64,000 bases of DNA from an uncultured Bacteroidales bacterium. GTDB lineage: Bacteria; Bacteroidota; Bacteroidia; Bacteroidales; FEN-979. Location of the stretch: positions 36,678 through 100,677 of the forward strand of contig CAIQUS010000187.1 in the NCBI GenBank assembly GCA_903875045.1, in the 5' to 3' direction. Positions 8,895 through 19,075 of this stretch are shown piece by piece (position 1 is the stretch's first letter; every line of letters begins with the position of its first letter). Under the pieces are notes generated by a model. It had not been told where the DNA came from and ran no database searches. It saw only the letters and a program-made list of their open reading frames with translations. Made by a program: the position numbers and the translations under genes.

Positions 8895-10409
8895 ATGTTA
8901 AAAAAAACGCTGTACATATTTATCCTTCTCCTGCAGATGCATTTCGAAGCATTTTCCCAGGAACAGGAGAAGACAAAGATTCAGTATTCCGGCAACGTCT
9001 GGGAATTTAACAAGGATGTGTATCCTGATGGCCCAAGGATCCTGGGCAATGTGGTGATGAATCACGACAGCGCCTTTCTTTATTGCGACAGTGCCTATGT
9101 GAATGAAACAGAAAATAAGGTTATTGCTTATGGAAATGTGCGTATTAAGCTGAGCGACACCCTCAACCTGTACAGCGATTCGCTGAGGTACGACGGAAAC
9201 ACAAAAATTGCCAATGCCTTTAGCAATGTAAGGCTCGTCGACAACCAAACCACGCTGACAACCGACACGCTGGTCTATAACCGCAATACCCGGATTGCAC
9301 AATATGATTATTGGGGGAAAATCGTCAGTGATAAAAACGTCCTTGTGAGCCTTCACGGCTACTATTATACAGACAGGAAGGAATTTTTCTTTAAAAAAAA
9401 GGTGATCATGATCAACCCCGATTGCAACATGTACTCTGACACCTTAATGTACAATACAGTGACCGAAATGGCCTATTTCTACGGGCCATCACACATCATC
9501 AGCAAAGATAAACTGGATTCCATCTATTGTGAAAACGGATGGTATAACACACGGTTGGATGTAGCCCGTTTCCGCGACCGGGCCCGCATTTATCACGAAG
9601 CAACCTATCTCACCGGCGACAGCATGTATTACGTTCGAAAGATCGGTTTCGGACAGGTGTTTCGGAAGGCCTTGATTGTTGATACCGTTCAGAACATCGT
9701 TTTGATGGGAAATTACGGGGAGATGCAGCGCGAACAAGGGTTTGCCTTCATGACTGACAGTGCTGTGTGTGTATTGGTCGAAAAAAAAGACTCACTTTTT
9801 TTGCATGGCGACACTGTTCGTGCAACATTTGATACCGCTCAGAACATCAAAAAGGTATTTTGTTTTTATCAGGTAAAATTCTTCCGTCATGACCTGCAGG
9901 GGATGTGCGATTCTTTAACCTACACCAGCAAGGATTCGTCCATGACCATGTATCATGAGCCTGTAATCTGGTCGGATTCCAACCAGCTCTCGGCCGATTC
10001 CATCAGGCTCACCATGCGTAATGGCGAGGCAGACTCCCTGAAGCTTTACAATTCAGCCTTTATCATCTCAAAAGATGATACCGGCAGTTTTAACCAGATC
10101 AAAGGGAGAAATGTGTTTGCGAAATTCCGCAACAACGAGCTATACAAGATCAATGTGCTTGGAAATGCCCAGACAATTTATTTTGCAAGGGAGGAAGATA
10201 AGAGCCTTATTGGAATTAACATGGCTATTTCGAGCGACATGCTGGTCTTTCTGGAGAAAAATAAATTAAAATCAATCACATACATCAACAAACCTGAAGC
10301 ACACCTTTTTCCCGAAAAAGCAGTTCCTGAAAATGAACGAAAACTGAAAAACTTCAAGTGGGAGGAAAAACGCCGTCCCCTCAAAAAACAAGACATCTTC
10401 ATCTGGTAA
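8895..10409 (+). CDS. OstA-like (LptA/LptD N-terminal-like) repeat protein, exported
   Basis: The signal peptide starts at the ATG at 8895 (MLKKTLYIFILLLQMHFEAFSQ). It has repeated 'GNV.....D....CD.A.Y' OstA-like modules. The assignment rests on family resemblance only. Confidence 0.6.
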   Translation: MLKKTLYIFILLLQMHFEAFSQEQEKTKIQYSGNVWEFNKDVYPDGPRILGNVVMNHDSAFLYCDSAYVNETENKVIAYGNVRIKLSDTLNLYSDSLRYDGNTKIANAFSNVRLVDNQTTLTTDTLVYNRNTRIAQYDYWGKIVSDKNVLVSLHGYYYTDRKEFFFKKKVIMINPDCNMYSDTLMYNTVTEMAYFYGPSHIISKDKLDSIYCENGWYNTRLDVARFRDRARIYHEATYLTGDSMYYVRKIGFGQVFRKALIVDTVQNIVLMGNYGEMQREQGFAFMTDSAVCVLVEKKDSLFLHGDTVRATFDTAQNIKKVFCFYQVKFFRHDLQGMCDSLTYTSKDSSMTMYHEPVIWSDSNQLSADSIRLTMRNGEADSLKLYNSAFIISKDDTGSFNQIKGRNVFAKFRNNELYKINVLGNAQTIYFAREEDKSLIGINMAISSDMLVFLEKNKLKSITYINKPEAHLFPEKAVPENERKLKNFKWEEKRRPLKKQDIFIW

Positions 10410-10410
10410 C

Positions 10411-10456
10411 CAATTTCACCATTTCACCATTTCGCAATTTCACCATTTCGCTATTT
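10411..10456. repeat. Tandem 7-9-nt array ATTTCAC/ATTTCGC, about 6 units
   Basis: caatttcac catttcac catttcg caatttcac catttcg ctattt fills the spacer between convergent stops at 10407-10409 (+) and 10455-10457 (-). Confidence 0.9.
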
Positions 10457-11420
10457 AAAACACCGAAACCTTCACATACTTCGTCGGGTTCTTCTTAATG
10501 TCCTCCAGCAACAGATTGAGGTCGCGTGCAGCTTTTTCAACCTCCTTATAAAGTTGTTCATTGTTTAGGAGCTGGCCAACAGACCCTTCACCTTTGTTGA
10601 TTTTCTGAAGAATCAGATCAAGATCGCCAACAGCTTTGTTAACCTGTGCGATCGTATTGGGAATTTTCGCCTTGACAAGTGAATCGCTCAGATTTGAGAA
10701 ATTGGACAGAATATTGGTGATTTGATCATTATTTTGCTTGAGGTTGCTGCTGATCGATTCAACATTGCTGATGATTTTTGAGAGGTTCTTGCGCTGTGAC
10801 CCCATCAGGGTATCCAGGTTCTGAGTGGTGTGGGCGATGTTACCGAGTGCTTGCTTCACATGTTCAATGGCTTCTACCAGGTTATCACGGGTATTTTTGT
10901 TGAGAACCTGCTGAACGATGGTTGCAATGCTGTCGATGGAGCCGATGAGGCTTTCGGCTTTTGTTTTCAGCGGAAGAAGTTGTTTGTTAACCTCCTGCCC
11001 GAGGGTTGCTTCCGTTTGTGACAGCAAAGTATCGCCGGAGACAGCCATTTCTTTTGAATCGCCGGGAACGATTTCGACTTCCGGGGCACCCAGCAGGCTT
11101 GAACTGAATATGCGGGCACTGGAATTTTTCGCAATGGGATAATCGCCCAGAATATAGAGCTCGACGATTATTTTTTGCGGGTTTTGCGGATCGAAATAGA
11201 GTTTCTTTACCTGCCCTACCTTCAGCCCCTTGATTGAAACAGGATTGGCTGCCACCAACCCGTTCACCTGATCATAAACGGCATAAAACTTACGGCTGGT
11301 TTTAAGTAACTCAAGCCCTTTCAGGAACATAAGCCCCCATATCAGGATTGCCGTTGCAATCACAAAAACAACACCTACTTTAATCTCTTTCCTGATTTTC
11401 ACGTCAACCTTTTTATGCAA
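10455..11420 (-). CDS. mlaD: MlaD/MCE-domain protein
   Basis: It has a single N-terminal TM helix, then the MCE-domain signature 'VNGLVAANPVSIKGLKVGQVKKL', and a long coiled-coil C-terminus. Confidence 0.8.
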   Translation of the reverse strand: MHKKVDVKIRKEIKVGVVFVIATAILIWGLMFLKGLELLKTSRKFYAVYDQVNGLVAANPVSIKGLKVGQVKKLYFDPQNPQKIIVELYILGDYPIAKNSSARIFSSSLLGAPEVEIVPGDSKEMAVSGDTLLSQTEATLGQEVNKQLLPLKTKAESLIGSIDSIATIVQQVLNKNTRDNLVEAIEHVKQALGNIAHTTQNLDTLMGSQRKNLSKIISNVESISSNLKQNNDQITNILSNFSNLSDSLVKAKIPNTIAQVNKAVGDLDLILQKINKGEGSVGQLLNNEQLYKEVEKAARDLNLLLEDIKKNPTKYVKVSVF

Positions 11421-11437
11421 ACTTACAAATAAAATAA

Positions 11438-12586
11438 TTATCTCTTCAGGAGCGCATCGGCCTCTGCCTGTGATATTCGTTCTTCATTCCTGAATATCAC
11501 AATAAACGCATCCTTTACATCCATCTCTTTCACCACAGCAAGCAGATGCCGGGCTGCAGCCAGATCTGTCTCATTGCCAACCGTATATTTATATAATCCT
11601 CCATGACGGTACATCCGAACGTCATTAAACCTGGATAGTTCAGGGGCATTCGTATCTAATTCCTTAGGTTTTGCGGCTACCTGTACCCTGAAAAATAACT
11701 TATCAGAATTCCCCTTCTGCTGAGTTGCCGGTTCAACGATTGTGTCAGGTACCTCAGCTTTTCCAGGTTGAACATCCGCCCCGGCGATTTTCTTAAAGGC
11801 CTTGTAAATAGCGGTTGCGATAAAATCCTGTCCCTTTGGTGACATTAAAAACTTTTCTTCATCCGCATTGCTGAGATATCCCGCTTCAACCAAAACGCTT
11901 GGCATGGCTGTTTTGTATAAAACCAGGAAGCCCGCCTGTCTGACCCCACGGTTATTCATTCCAACCTTTCCCTCCATTTGTGCCTGTATTGCGGCGGCGA
12001 AATCAGTACTTTTATCAAGGTTTAAATTCTGGTTCAATGAAAAAATGATATATGATTCATCGGAATTGGGATCAAAACCATCGTAACTTGACTGGTAATC
12101 AGACTCAAGCAAAATGGAAGCATTTTCAAGCTTGGCAATTTTCAGGTTTGCCTCCGACTTATGCAGTCCCATTACATACGTTTCAGCGCCTTTGAGCGAA
12201 TGATTGTTGTTGGCATTGCAATGAATGGATATAAACAGGTCTGCTTTGGCATCATTAGCAATGTCAGCCCGCCGGTAAAGTTCCACAAAATAATCCTTGT
12301 CGCGGGTATAGATCACACGCACATTCTTCATCGATCGCTGGATAAGGATTCCAAGTTTCAGCGCAATGGCGAGATTGAGATTCTTCTCCTTTGCGATTTG
12401 TCCAAGTGCACCCGGATCGTGTCCGCCATGCCCTGCATCGATCACTACCGTGTGAATGGAACCTGTGCGCTGCGCCTGAAGGGCTCCGCAAAGAACCATG
12501 CAGATTAGTGCCTGAAAACACCAGATAGGTCGCAGCATCCGTGGTTTTGAATTGTTAAAGTATCTTAAAAAAGGTCCTGGTTTCAA
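11438..12586 (-). CDS. N-acetylmuramoyl-L-alanine amidase (Amidase_3) with C-terminal SPOR-like domain
   Basis: 'VVIDAGHGGHDPGA' and 'ISIHCNA' are Amidase_3 motifs. The C-terminal stretch of about 80 aa (FRVQVAA...YKYTVG) is SPOR-like. The more likely start is the ATG at 12538 (MLRPIWCFQALICMVLCGALQAQ). Confidence 0.85.
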   Translation of the reverse strand: MKPGPFLRYFNNSKPRMLRPIWCFQALICMVLCGALQAQRTGSIHTVVIDAGHGGHDPGALGQIAKEKNLNLAIALKLGILIQRSMKNVRVIYTRDKDYFVELYRRADIANDAKADLFISIHCNANNNHSLKGAETYVMGLHKSEANLKIAKLENASILLESDYQSSYDGFDPNSDESYIIFSLNQNLNLDKSTDFAAAIQAQMEGKVGMNNRGVRQAGFLVLYKTAMPSVLVEAGYLSNADEEKFLMSPKGQDFIATAIYKAFKKIAGADVQPGKAEVPDTIVEPATQQKGNSDKLFFRVQVAAKPKELDTNAPELSRFNDVRMYRHGGLYKYTVGNETDLAAARHLLAVVKEMDVKDAFIVIFRNEERISQAEADALLKR

Positions 12587-12697
12587 TTATTTTGATTAGT
12601 TTTGGAACCCGAAGAATAACGGTCTTCAACGCCTTTTTATTCTGAATTTTTAAAGTAAACAAAGATAGAACATTAACCTCAGAATTCAGAAAAGAAG

Positions 12698-15406
12698 TTG
12701 TTAACGAAATTATTAACAAGGTCTTTCCATTCTACGCTTCTTTTGGTCCTTCTCTTCCTGCAAATCACAGATGTGGTTGCCCAGGATACGATCCGGCAAC
12801 CAAAGGGAGATGCTGTTTTAGTGCCCACCGGACAGATTGACATCGTCAGTCCTGATTCCCTGAAATTTGATTCCGTCCGTTTAGATTCCATCAACGCCAA
12901 TGCTCAAACAACAGACTCAATTTCTGCTGCCAGCCTGCTGAAAAAACAGAAGAAAAAAACCAAGCTTGATGCCCAGGTTGATTACGCATCAGAGGATTCG
13001 CTTCGCTTTGAGATCAAAGGGCAAAAGGTTTTCCTGTACAAGGTTGCCAAGATAAAATATCAGGACATCTCACTGAATGCCGACTATGTAGAGATCGATT
13101 TTGTTAAAAATGTCGTTTATGCAACCGGGGCAAAAGACTCTATCGGTAAGGATGTCGGAACACCAGAGTTCAATGACGGAAGCCAAAGTTTCAAATCAAA
13201 GGCCATCAATTACAATTACACCACAAAAAGGGGATATATCAACACCGTATTCACCAAACAGGATGAGGGTTACCTCCATGGCACCGTGGTAAAAAAAATG
13301 GAAAACAATATAACATACATAAAATCTGGATCATACACCACATGCGACCTTGAAGAGAATCCGCATTTTGCATTCAAATTCAGCAAGGGGAAAGTAATTC
13401 CCGGGAAACGGGTGATCACCGGACCAGCATATATGGATATTGCCAATGTAGCAACCCCGTTGCTGATTCCCTTTGGTTTTTTCCCGAACAAATCAGGTCA
13501 GCGGTCGGGGATTCTCATACCAACTTACGGTGAATCCAATAACCGGGGATTTTATTTTGAAAACTTCGGATATTACTGGGCTGCCAGTCAGTACCTGGAT
13601 GTAACCGTGCTGGCCGACATTTATACCCGTGGCAGCTGGGCCATCAAACCTACCATCAGATATAATAAAAGGTACCATTACAACGGATCCTTCAACTTCA
13701 GTTATGCAGTCAATATTCTTGGCGCCGCCGATTCACCTGATTATCAGAAAAGTAAAGATTTTCAGATTCGCTGGGTACACAGTCAGGACGGGAAAGCCAG
13801 GCCTCATAGCAGTTTTTCGGCCAATGTGAACATTGTCAGCAATACCTTTAACAAGTATAATCTTTCATCAAGTACTCAATCTTACTTATCCAACACATTT
13901 CAGTCAAGTGTCAACTATTCCACCAGTTTTTCCAATAAATATTACCTGAACCTCAACTTCAACCACAGTCAGAACACCCTGAACAAAACCATTAACATCA
14001 CCCTTCCGCAGGTTTCGTTTTCAGTGAATCAGTTTTATCCCTTCCGCCGGCAGAATCCTGTCGGGAAGATGCGCTGGTATGAACAAATCAGCATGAAATA
14101 CAACATGGATGCAGAGAACCGTTATAATACCACTGATTCAACCTTCCTGAAAGGCAAATGGGCCGACTCCATGCAAAACGGCATGCGACATTCCTTTCCC
14201 ATCAGTGGGACCTTCCGGATTCTGAAATTTCTCAACTGGTCCAATTCCATGAATATTACCGACAGAATGTACCTGAGCACCATCCGGAAACAATATATCG
14301 ATACTGTTTTCTTGTCGGGCGATTCAATTTCAATCAGGCGTGATCTGGAAACAAGACAGATTTCCGGTTTTGCCAATGCTTTTGACTTCAGTGTGTCATC
14401 TTCGTTAAACACCCGAATCTATGGGATGTACCAATTCAAGGGAAATGGGTTGATCCGTGCCATCCGGCACATGGTAACTCCGTCTGTCTCATTTTCCTAT
14501 ACCCCCAACTGGGGTGCCCCGGGAATCGGTTACTGGCAGGAAGTGGCCAACGATCCCAAAACAGAAGCCACCCGCTACTCCGTTTTCGAGAGGGGAGTTT
14601 ACGGAAGTCCGCCCGGCCAGAAATCGGGAATAGTCTCATTCGGCATCAGCAACAACATTGAACTCAAAGCAAGAAACCGCAAAGATACCATCAGCGGAAT
14701 CAAAAAAATACCCCTTATCGATGATCTGACAATCCGGTGTTCTTACGACATCGCCCGCGATTCGGTAAACTGGTCGCCCATTACCCTGAGTGGCCGCAGT
14801 TCAATCATCAAAGGATTAACCATTCAATATGGCAGTACCTGGAACATCTACACCCGTGATTCACTTGGCAGATCGACCAACACAACTGAGTGGAAAGCCA
14901 ACCACCGGCTGATCAGGCTCGACAATACAACCTGGGATGCCGGTTTCTCCTATTCATTATCCTCGGAAAAAATAAAAGGAAAAAAAACCACTGATAAGGG
15001 AACGCCACAGGAAAGGCAAGACATAGTTGACTATTACGATTACTATGTCGACTTTGATATTCCATGGAGTTTTTCGATCAATTATAATTTCCATTATGGC
15101 AAACCCTGGGATAATAATGTAAAAAAACGTGTCCAGCAGATAACCCAGACCCTCGGATTCAACGGCCAGTTGAACATCACCCCAAAATGGAAAATCACAC
15201 TGACAACCGGCTGGGATTTTGTGCATAATGAACTTTCCTACACCTCCATCGACGTGTATCGCGACTTGCATTGCTGGGAGATGCGGTTTGGATGGGTCCC
15301 GAAAGGCGGCCAGCAAAGCTGGAATTTCTCGATAAACGTAAAGGCATCTATTCTTCAGGACCTGAAACTCAATAAAAAGAAAGATTTCCGGGACTATGGA
15401 AACTAA
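12698..15406 (+). CDS. lptD: Bacteroidetes-type LPS-assembly protein LptD-like outer-membrane protein
   Basis: 902 aa with a TTG start and a signal peptide. An OstA-like N-terminal region is followed by a long region rich in beta-strands and aromatic residues. The envelope-gene context (amidase, MlaD, OstA-like) supports the call. Confidence 0.65.
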   Translation: MLTKLLTRSFHSTLLLVLLFLQITDVVAQDTIRQPKGDAVLVPTGQIDIVSPDSLKFDSVRLDSINANAQTTDSISAASLLKKQKKKTKLDAQVDYASEDSLRFEIKGQKVFLYKVAKIKYQDISLNADYVEIDFVKNVVYATGAKDSIGKDVGTPEFNDGSQSFKSKAINYNYTTKRGYINTVFTKQDEGYLHGTVVKKMENNITYIKSGSYTTCDLEENPHFAFKFSKGKVIPGKRVITGPAYMDIANVATPLLIPFGFFPNKSGQRSGILIPTYGESNNRGFYFENFGYYWAASQYLDVTVLADIYTRGSWAIKPTIRYNKRYHYNGSFNFSYAVNILGAADSPDYQKSKDFQIRWVHSQDGKARPHSSFSANVNIVSNTFNKYNLSSSTQSYLSNTFQSSVNYSTSFSNKYYLNLNFNHSQNTLNKTINITLPQVSFSVNQFYPFRRQNPVGKMRWYEQISMKYNMDAENRYNTTDSTFLKGKWADSMQNGMRHSFPISGTFRILKFLNWSNSMNITDRMYLSTIRKQYIDTVFLSGDSISIRRDLETRQISGFANAFDFSVSSSLNTRIYGMYQFKGNGLIRAIRHMVTPSVSFSYTPNWGAPGIGYWQEVANDPKTEATRYSVFERGVYGSPPGQKSGIVSFGISNNIELKARNRKDTISGIKKIPLIDDLTIRCSYDIARDSVNWSPITLSGRSSIIKGLTIQYGSTWNIYTRDSLGRSTNTTEWKANHRLIRLDNTTWDAGFSYSLSSEKIKGKKTTDKGTPQERQDIVDYYDYYVDFDIPWSFSINYNFHYGKPWDNNVKKRVQQITQTLGFNGQLNITPKWKITLTTGWDFVHNELSYTSIDVYRDLHCWEMRFGWVPKGGQQSWNFSINVKASILQDLKLNKKKDFRDYGN

Positions 15407-15413
15407 TAATCAA

Positions 15414-15438
15414 AAATCGTAAATTAATAAACGTAAAT
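15414..15438. repeat. Degenerate heptamer array of the AAATCGT family, about 3.5 units
   Basis: aaatcgt aaattaa taaacgt aaat lies immediately before the ridA ATG at 15439. Confidence 0.5.
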
Positions 15439-15819
15439 ATGAAAAAGATCATCTCAACCCCCGATGCACCAAAAGCAATCGGTCCTTACAGTCAGGCCAT
15501 TGAGGTTAATGGCACCTTATACATTTCCGGGCAGATTCCGATTGATCCGGCGACAGGAAAATTTGTGGAAGGCGGCATCACAGAGCAAACTGAACAAGTG
15601 ATGAAAAACATCGGTGCCATATTAAAGGCAGCCGGGTTTGACTATTGCGATGTGGTAAAATCAACCTGTTTGCTAAGCGATATGGATCATTTTGCTTCCA
15701 TGAACGCGGTTTATGGAAAGTTCTATCACGAAAATCCGCCTGCACGGGCAGCTTATGCGGTTGTTAAATTGCCAATGGGCGCTTTGGTGGAAATCGAAAC
15801 AGTGGCTTGCCGGTCATAA
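15439..15819 (+). CDS. ridA: RidA/YjgF/UK114 family reactive-intermediate deaminase
   Basis: 126 aa. 'APKAIGPYSQA...GQIP.DP.TG', 'QT.QV..N' and 'PARA...V..LP.GA.VEIE' are hallmarks of the family. Confidence 0.92.
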   Translation: MKKIISTPDAPKAIGPYSQAIEVNGTLYISGQIPIDPATGKFVEGGITEQTEQVMKNIGAILKAAGFDYCDVVKSTCLLSDMDHFASMNAVYGKFYHENPPARAAYAVVKLPMGALVEIETVACRS

Positions 15820-16563
15820 AACCGTGAACTTTCCCATCACAACCATTTTCTCTTCCGCCATCATCTTCCAGTAATACAGTCCCGATTTGAATCCTTTTGT
15901 TTTCAGATTGAACGAACTGACCTGATTGAGCGCCACTTTTGATACGGTAATTCCGTGATTATTCAATATGACCAGATAAAGTGGCACCTGTTTGTTGTAT
16001 GACTGCCATACAAATTTTATCTCCGTGCCAATGTGAATGCTGACATTTACATTCGGGGAAATCAATTTAAACTGATCTGAACGGGATCCGGTACCAACCA
16101 ACACTTCATATTCGGCCAATGATTCAAAATTATTTTTGGTCAGATCCTTAGGGATTCGCTGATCACCGGGGAATATGACATTCCGTTTGCCAGAATCGAC
16201 CTGTACCTTTTGCCCCTCCTGACCGGCATACTTCGGTAAACCGACCGGAGTTGTTTCTGCACTGGACCGAACCAGATAAAAAACTCCGAAAATCGAGGAA
16301 AGCACCAGTATAGAAGCTATCATCAAAAAAATATCCAGCAGCCATTTTCCCCCGGAATTTTTCCGGGAAGCTGCTCTGATTTTTTTCATCAGGTCCTGAA
16401 GCTCAAAATCCATTAAAAACCTGTTCAGACAGGCATCTATATATACTTCTGAACGGAGCAACGGATCGGCAAGCATCTTGTTCTCAAACAGAGCCTTTTC
16501 ATACTCATCGAGTTCATCATTGTTATATCGATCGATCCAATCATCTGACATTTCGGCTTCCAT
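15814..16563 (-). CDS. Putative anti-sigma factor (single-pass membrane protein)
   Basis: 249 aa. A short cytoplasmic N-terminus precedes one TM helix (LLDIFLMIASILVLSSIFGVFYLV). The start overlaps the 3' end of the upstream sigma-factor gene, which suggests translational coupling. Confidence 0.55.
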   Translation of the reverse strand: MEAEMSDDWIDRYNNDELDEYEKALFENKMLADPLLRSEVYIDACLNRFLMDFELQDLMKKIRAASRKNSGGKWLLDIFLMIASILVLSSIFGVFYLVRSSAETTPVGLPKYAGQEGQKVQVDSGKRNVIFPGDQRIPKDLTKNNFESLAEYEVLVGTGSRSDQFKLISPNVNVSIHIGTEIKFVWQSYNKQVPLYLVILNNHGITVSKVALNQVSSFNLKTKGFKSGLYYWKMMAEEKMVVMGKFTVL

Positions 16564-17152
16564 GGTGTTTTATGAATTGGTCACATTCGGGGTCTTTGAT
16601 AATTTTTTTTCGCAGCATTTTTTTACAGGAATATTTACGTGTTTTTACATATACTTCATCTTTGTATTTCAAGAGCTTCGCAATCTCCCTGTACGGGATT
16701 TTTAAGCAGTAAAGCTGGAGCAAACGCCTGCATTCCACAGGTAACTGCATGAGATTTTTATGGAACAAACGCTGTTGTTCCAGGTTTTGCTCTGTAGGAT
16801 CATGGTCTTCAGTGACATATTCAGCCGGTTCCTCCTGCACCTCACATTCGGCATGGTAAATCAATTTGTATCTGCGCTCAAGTCTCTGTAGCCAAAGGTT
16901 TTTGCAGATCGCAGTGAAATATGTTTTCAGGCTGCATTCCAATTTGAATGGCTCTGTCTGGATCCGGTTGTATAATACAATTAAACCATCATGAAACAAA
17001 TCCTCCCCGTCCTGGTGTGTACCGGAATTATGCAACAGGTGATGCCGTACAATGGGGAAAAATTCCTGATATAAAAAGTCAATGTAACTGCTATTCCTTT
17101 GCCGCAGTCCTGCAATAAGGTCTTCATCCGAATATTGGAACATCATAAGCAC
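16541..17152 (-). CDS. Sigma-70 family (ECF-like) RNA polymerase sigma factor
   Basis: 203 aa. The region-2-like segment is 'DGEDLFHDGLIVLY' and the region-4 HTH-like segment is 'LKIPYREIAKLLKYKDEVYVKTRKYSCKKML'. Confidence 0.75.
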   Translation of the reverse strand: MLMMFQYSDEDLIAGLRQRNSSYIDFLYQEFFPIVRHHLLHNSGTHQDGEDLFHDGLIVLYNRIQTEPFKLECSLKTYFTAICKNLWLQRLERRYKLIYHAECEVQEEPAEYVTEDHDPTEQNLEQQRLFHKNLMQLPVECRRLLQLYCLKIPYREIAKLLKYKDEVYVKTRKYSCKKMLRKKIIKDPECDQFIKHHGSRNVR

Positions 17153-17348
17153 AATTTCTTTGGGTTAATCCGTAATTATTCAAAAGGTGCTCCAATTGTT
17201 AATAACTTTTTATTGCTGTTTTTGATTGCCGGAAATTCAACATGGTAAATAATTCATGTGTATCGCGACTTTTGACGCTTTAATTGCAATATTTGTAGTA
17301 AATTTATAGCATTATTCTGACAATGCCAATTAAACGAAAATTTTACTG

Positions 17349-18056
17349 ATGGAGAAAAAAACCAAAAGTATCACCATTACGCAATATGATTATATTATCA
17401 GAAATGTGAATGACGAGGAGGTTGACATTCACGGGCATCCGAATCATTACAGTGAATATGATCAGGACGGGCGTCCGCTGAAAGAAATCAAGTACAGCCG
17501 CTCAGGGGATTTTGAAGAGATGCTGGAATATGGTTATGATGATCATGGCAACATTGTGCGCGAGTCATATTATCCCTCAGAAAATGAAATTGCCGAGGAG
17601 AAAACTTTCGTTCGCGATGATACGGGTAAAATCCTCCGCGGTCTGAAGCAATACCAGGATGGATCGCTTGACACAATAACCTATGAATACAATGATTCCG
17701 GACAGCTGGTTAAACGGGTCACGACAACAGATGAAGACGAAATCGAACAGGTTGAAACATTTGAATGGAAAAATGAAGAACTTGTCAATCATCAAATCGT
17801 TGACGGATCCGGTGAATCAATTTTGGAAAATGATGTCACCAACATCAAACCAAGTCAGTCCCGGATTACACAAAATGAAAAAGGCCAGGTAATTACAGAA
17901 GAGGAACTGGATGAAGACGGCGAGGTTTTTATGACCGTGAACCGAAGATATGACGATGATGACCGAATTGATGAGGTAGAGGTTTTTATCGATGGACAGG
18001 GACGGGCAATCAGCCGCCATTATTATCTTAAATATGAATATACTTTCTTTGAATAA
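17349..18056 (+). CDS. Acidic cytoplasmic protein with YD/RHS-like short repeats
   Basis: 235 aa with no signal peptide. It has repeats of the form (Y)xxDxxGxhh: 'EYDQDGRPLKEIKY', 'YGYDDHGNIVRESYY', 'RDDTGKILRGLKQY', 'YEYNDSGQLVKRV', 'IDGQGRAISRHYY'. Confidence 0.6.
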   Translation: MEKKTKSITITQYDYIIRNVNDEEVDIHGHPNHYSEYDQDGRPLKEIKYSRSGDFEEMLEYGYDDHGNIVRESYYPSENEIAEEKTFVRDDTGKILRGLKQYQDGSLDTITYEYNDSGQLVKRVTTTDEDEIEQVETFEWKNEELVNHQIVDGSGESILENDVTNIKPSQSRITQNEKGQVITEEELDEDGEVFMTVNRRYDDDDRIDEVEVFIDGQGRAISRHYYLKYEYTFFE

Positions 18057-18073
18057 TCAACTTAATTGACTGC

Positions 18074-19069
18074 ATGAAAAGTTATCTCCTTATTCTCATA
18101 AGTTTGATTTTCCTGATTCCCTTTTCGGGATGTAAAAAAAAATCATTTGACCCCTCCGGAAAAAGTCGTGAAGATTTTATAGGAAACTGGAAAGGTAGTA
18201 TCTCTACCTTTAAAAACAACCAGTTACTAAAGGAAAGCGGCACGGTGTCCATTTATGCCGATGCCACGACCAAAGCACTTTCCGGCATACTTTTCATGAA
18301 AGCAACGAACGTGTTTCACGAATTTCAATTTGTTAACGGCACCTTGTATTTCAAGGTCATCAACAATGATCCGGGAAACCCGATTTGTCAGAACTGGAGC
18401 CTGGAAGGCTATGCGGTCTTTTCATCGGAAACCACCCTCGACATCCGAATCACCGGGAATGAATGCGGTCAGTTGGGCAGTGAATATGTGAACTGGGCAG
18501 GAATCCTCGTACAGGACCAGGTCTCACCCGATTCAGTCAAATATAACCATTTTGCAAAAACCGGTAATTCGTGGACGTATAAAGTTACCTTGAAGAGCGG
18601 CGATTCATGCCAGGTTGTCAAGCAGATCAGCCAGGAAACGGTCACTTATCTTTTTAGCGGATCTGCTGCACAAACCTGCGGATGGACTGGACAGAACAAC
18701 ACTTTCAAATGGAATGTTTCCCCGACAGGCTTTTCAATCGTCAATGATTCAACCCTGAGTATTAAACCATTTCTTTTTCCGATCAATGCAAAGCAGGGGG
18801 TTGTATACCGTAACTATATAAACAATGACACAACTACTGTTACCCTGCTCGATACCAACGTTTTGGTAACAACGCTTGCCGGTAACTTTACCTGTGTACG
18901 CTTCAGATATACGGAACCGGTTTATGCAGATACCTCGAAGACGACCAAAATTTCAAGAACAGCCTACCTTTGGATAAATAACAGGTACGGCGTTATTAAA
19001 CATGAGGTTGTCAATCCGGTTGATTCTACAGATGTACAACTTCAGATTCTGACCACAAAGAGTTTCTAG
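18074..19069 (+). CDS. Lipoprotein of unknown function
   Basis: The signal peptide with lipobox is 'LILISLIFLIPFSGC'. It lies 17 nt downstream of the preceding ORF. Confidence 0.7.
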   Translation: MKSYLLILISLIFLIPFSGCKKKSFDPSGKSREDFIGNWKGSISTFKNNQLLKESGTVSIYADATTKALSGILFMKATNVFHEFQFVNGTLYFKVINNDPGNPICQNWSLEGYAVFSSETTLDIRITGNECGQLGSEYVNWAGILVQDQVSPDSVKYNHFAKTGNSWTYKVTLKSGDSCQVVKQISQETVTYLFSGSAAQTCGWTGQNNTFKWNVSPTGFSIVNDSTLSIKPFLFPINAKQGVVYRNYINNDTTTVTLLDTNVLVTTLAGNFTCVRFRYTEPVYADTSKTTKISRTAYLWINNRYGVIKHEVVNPVDSTDVQLQILTTKSF

Positions 19070-19075
19070 TGGAAA

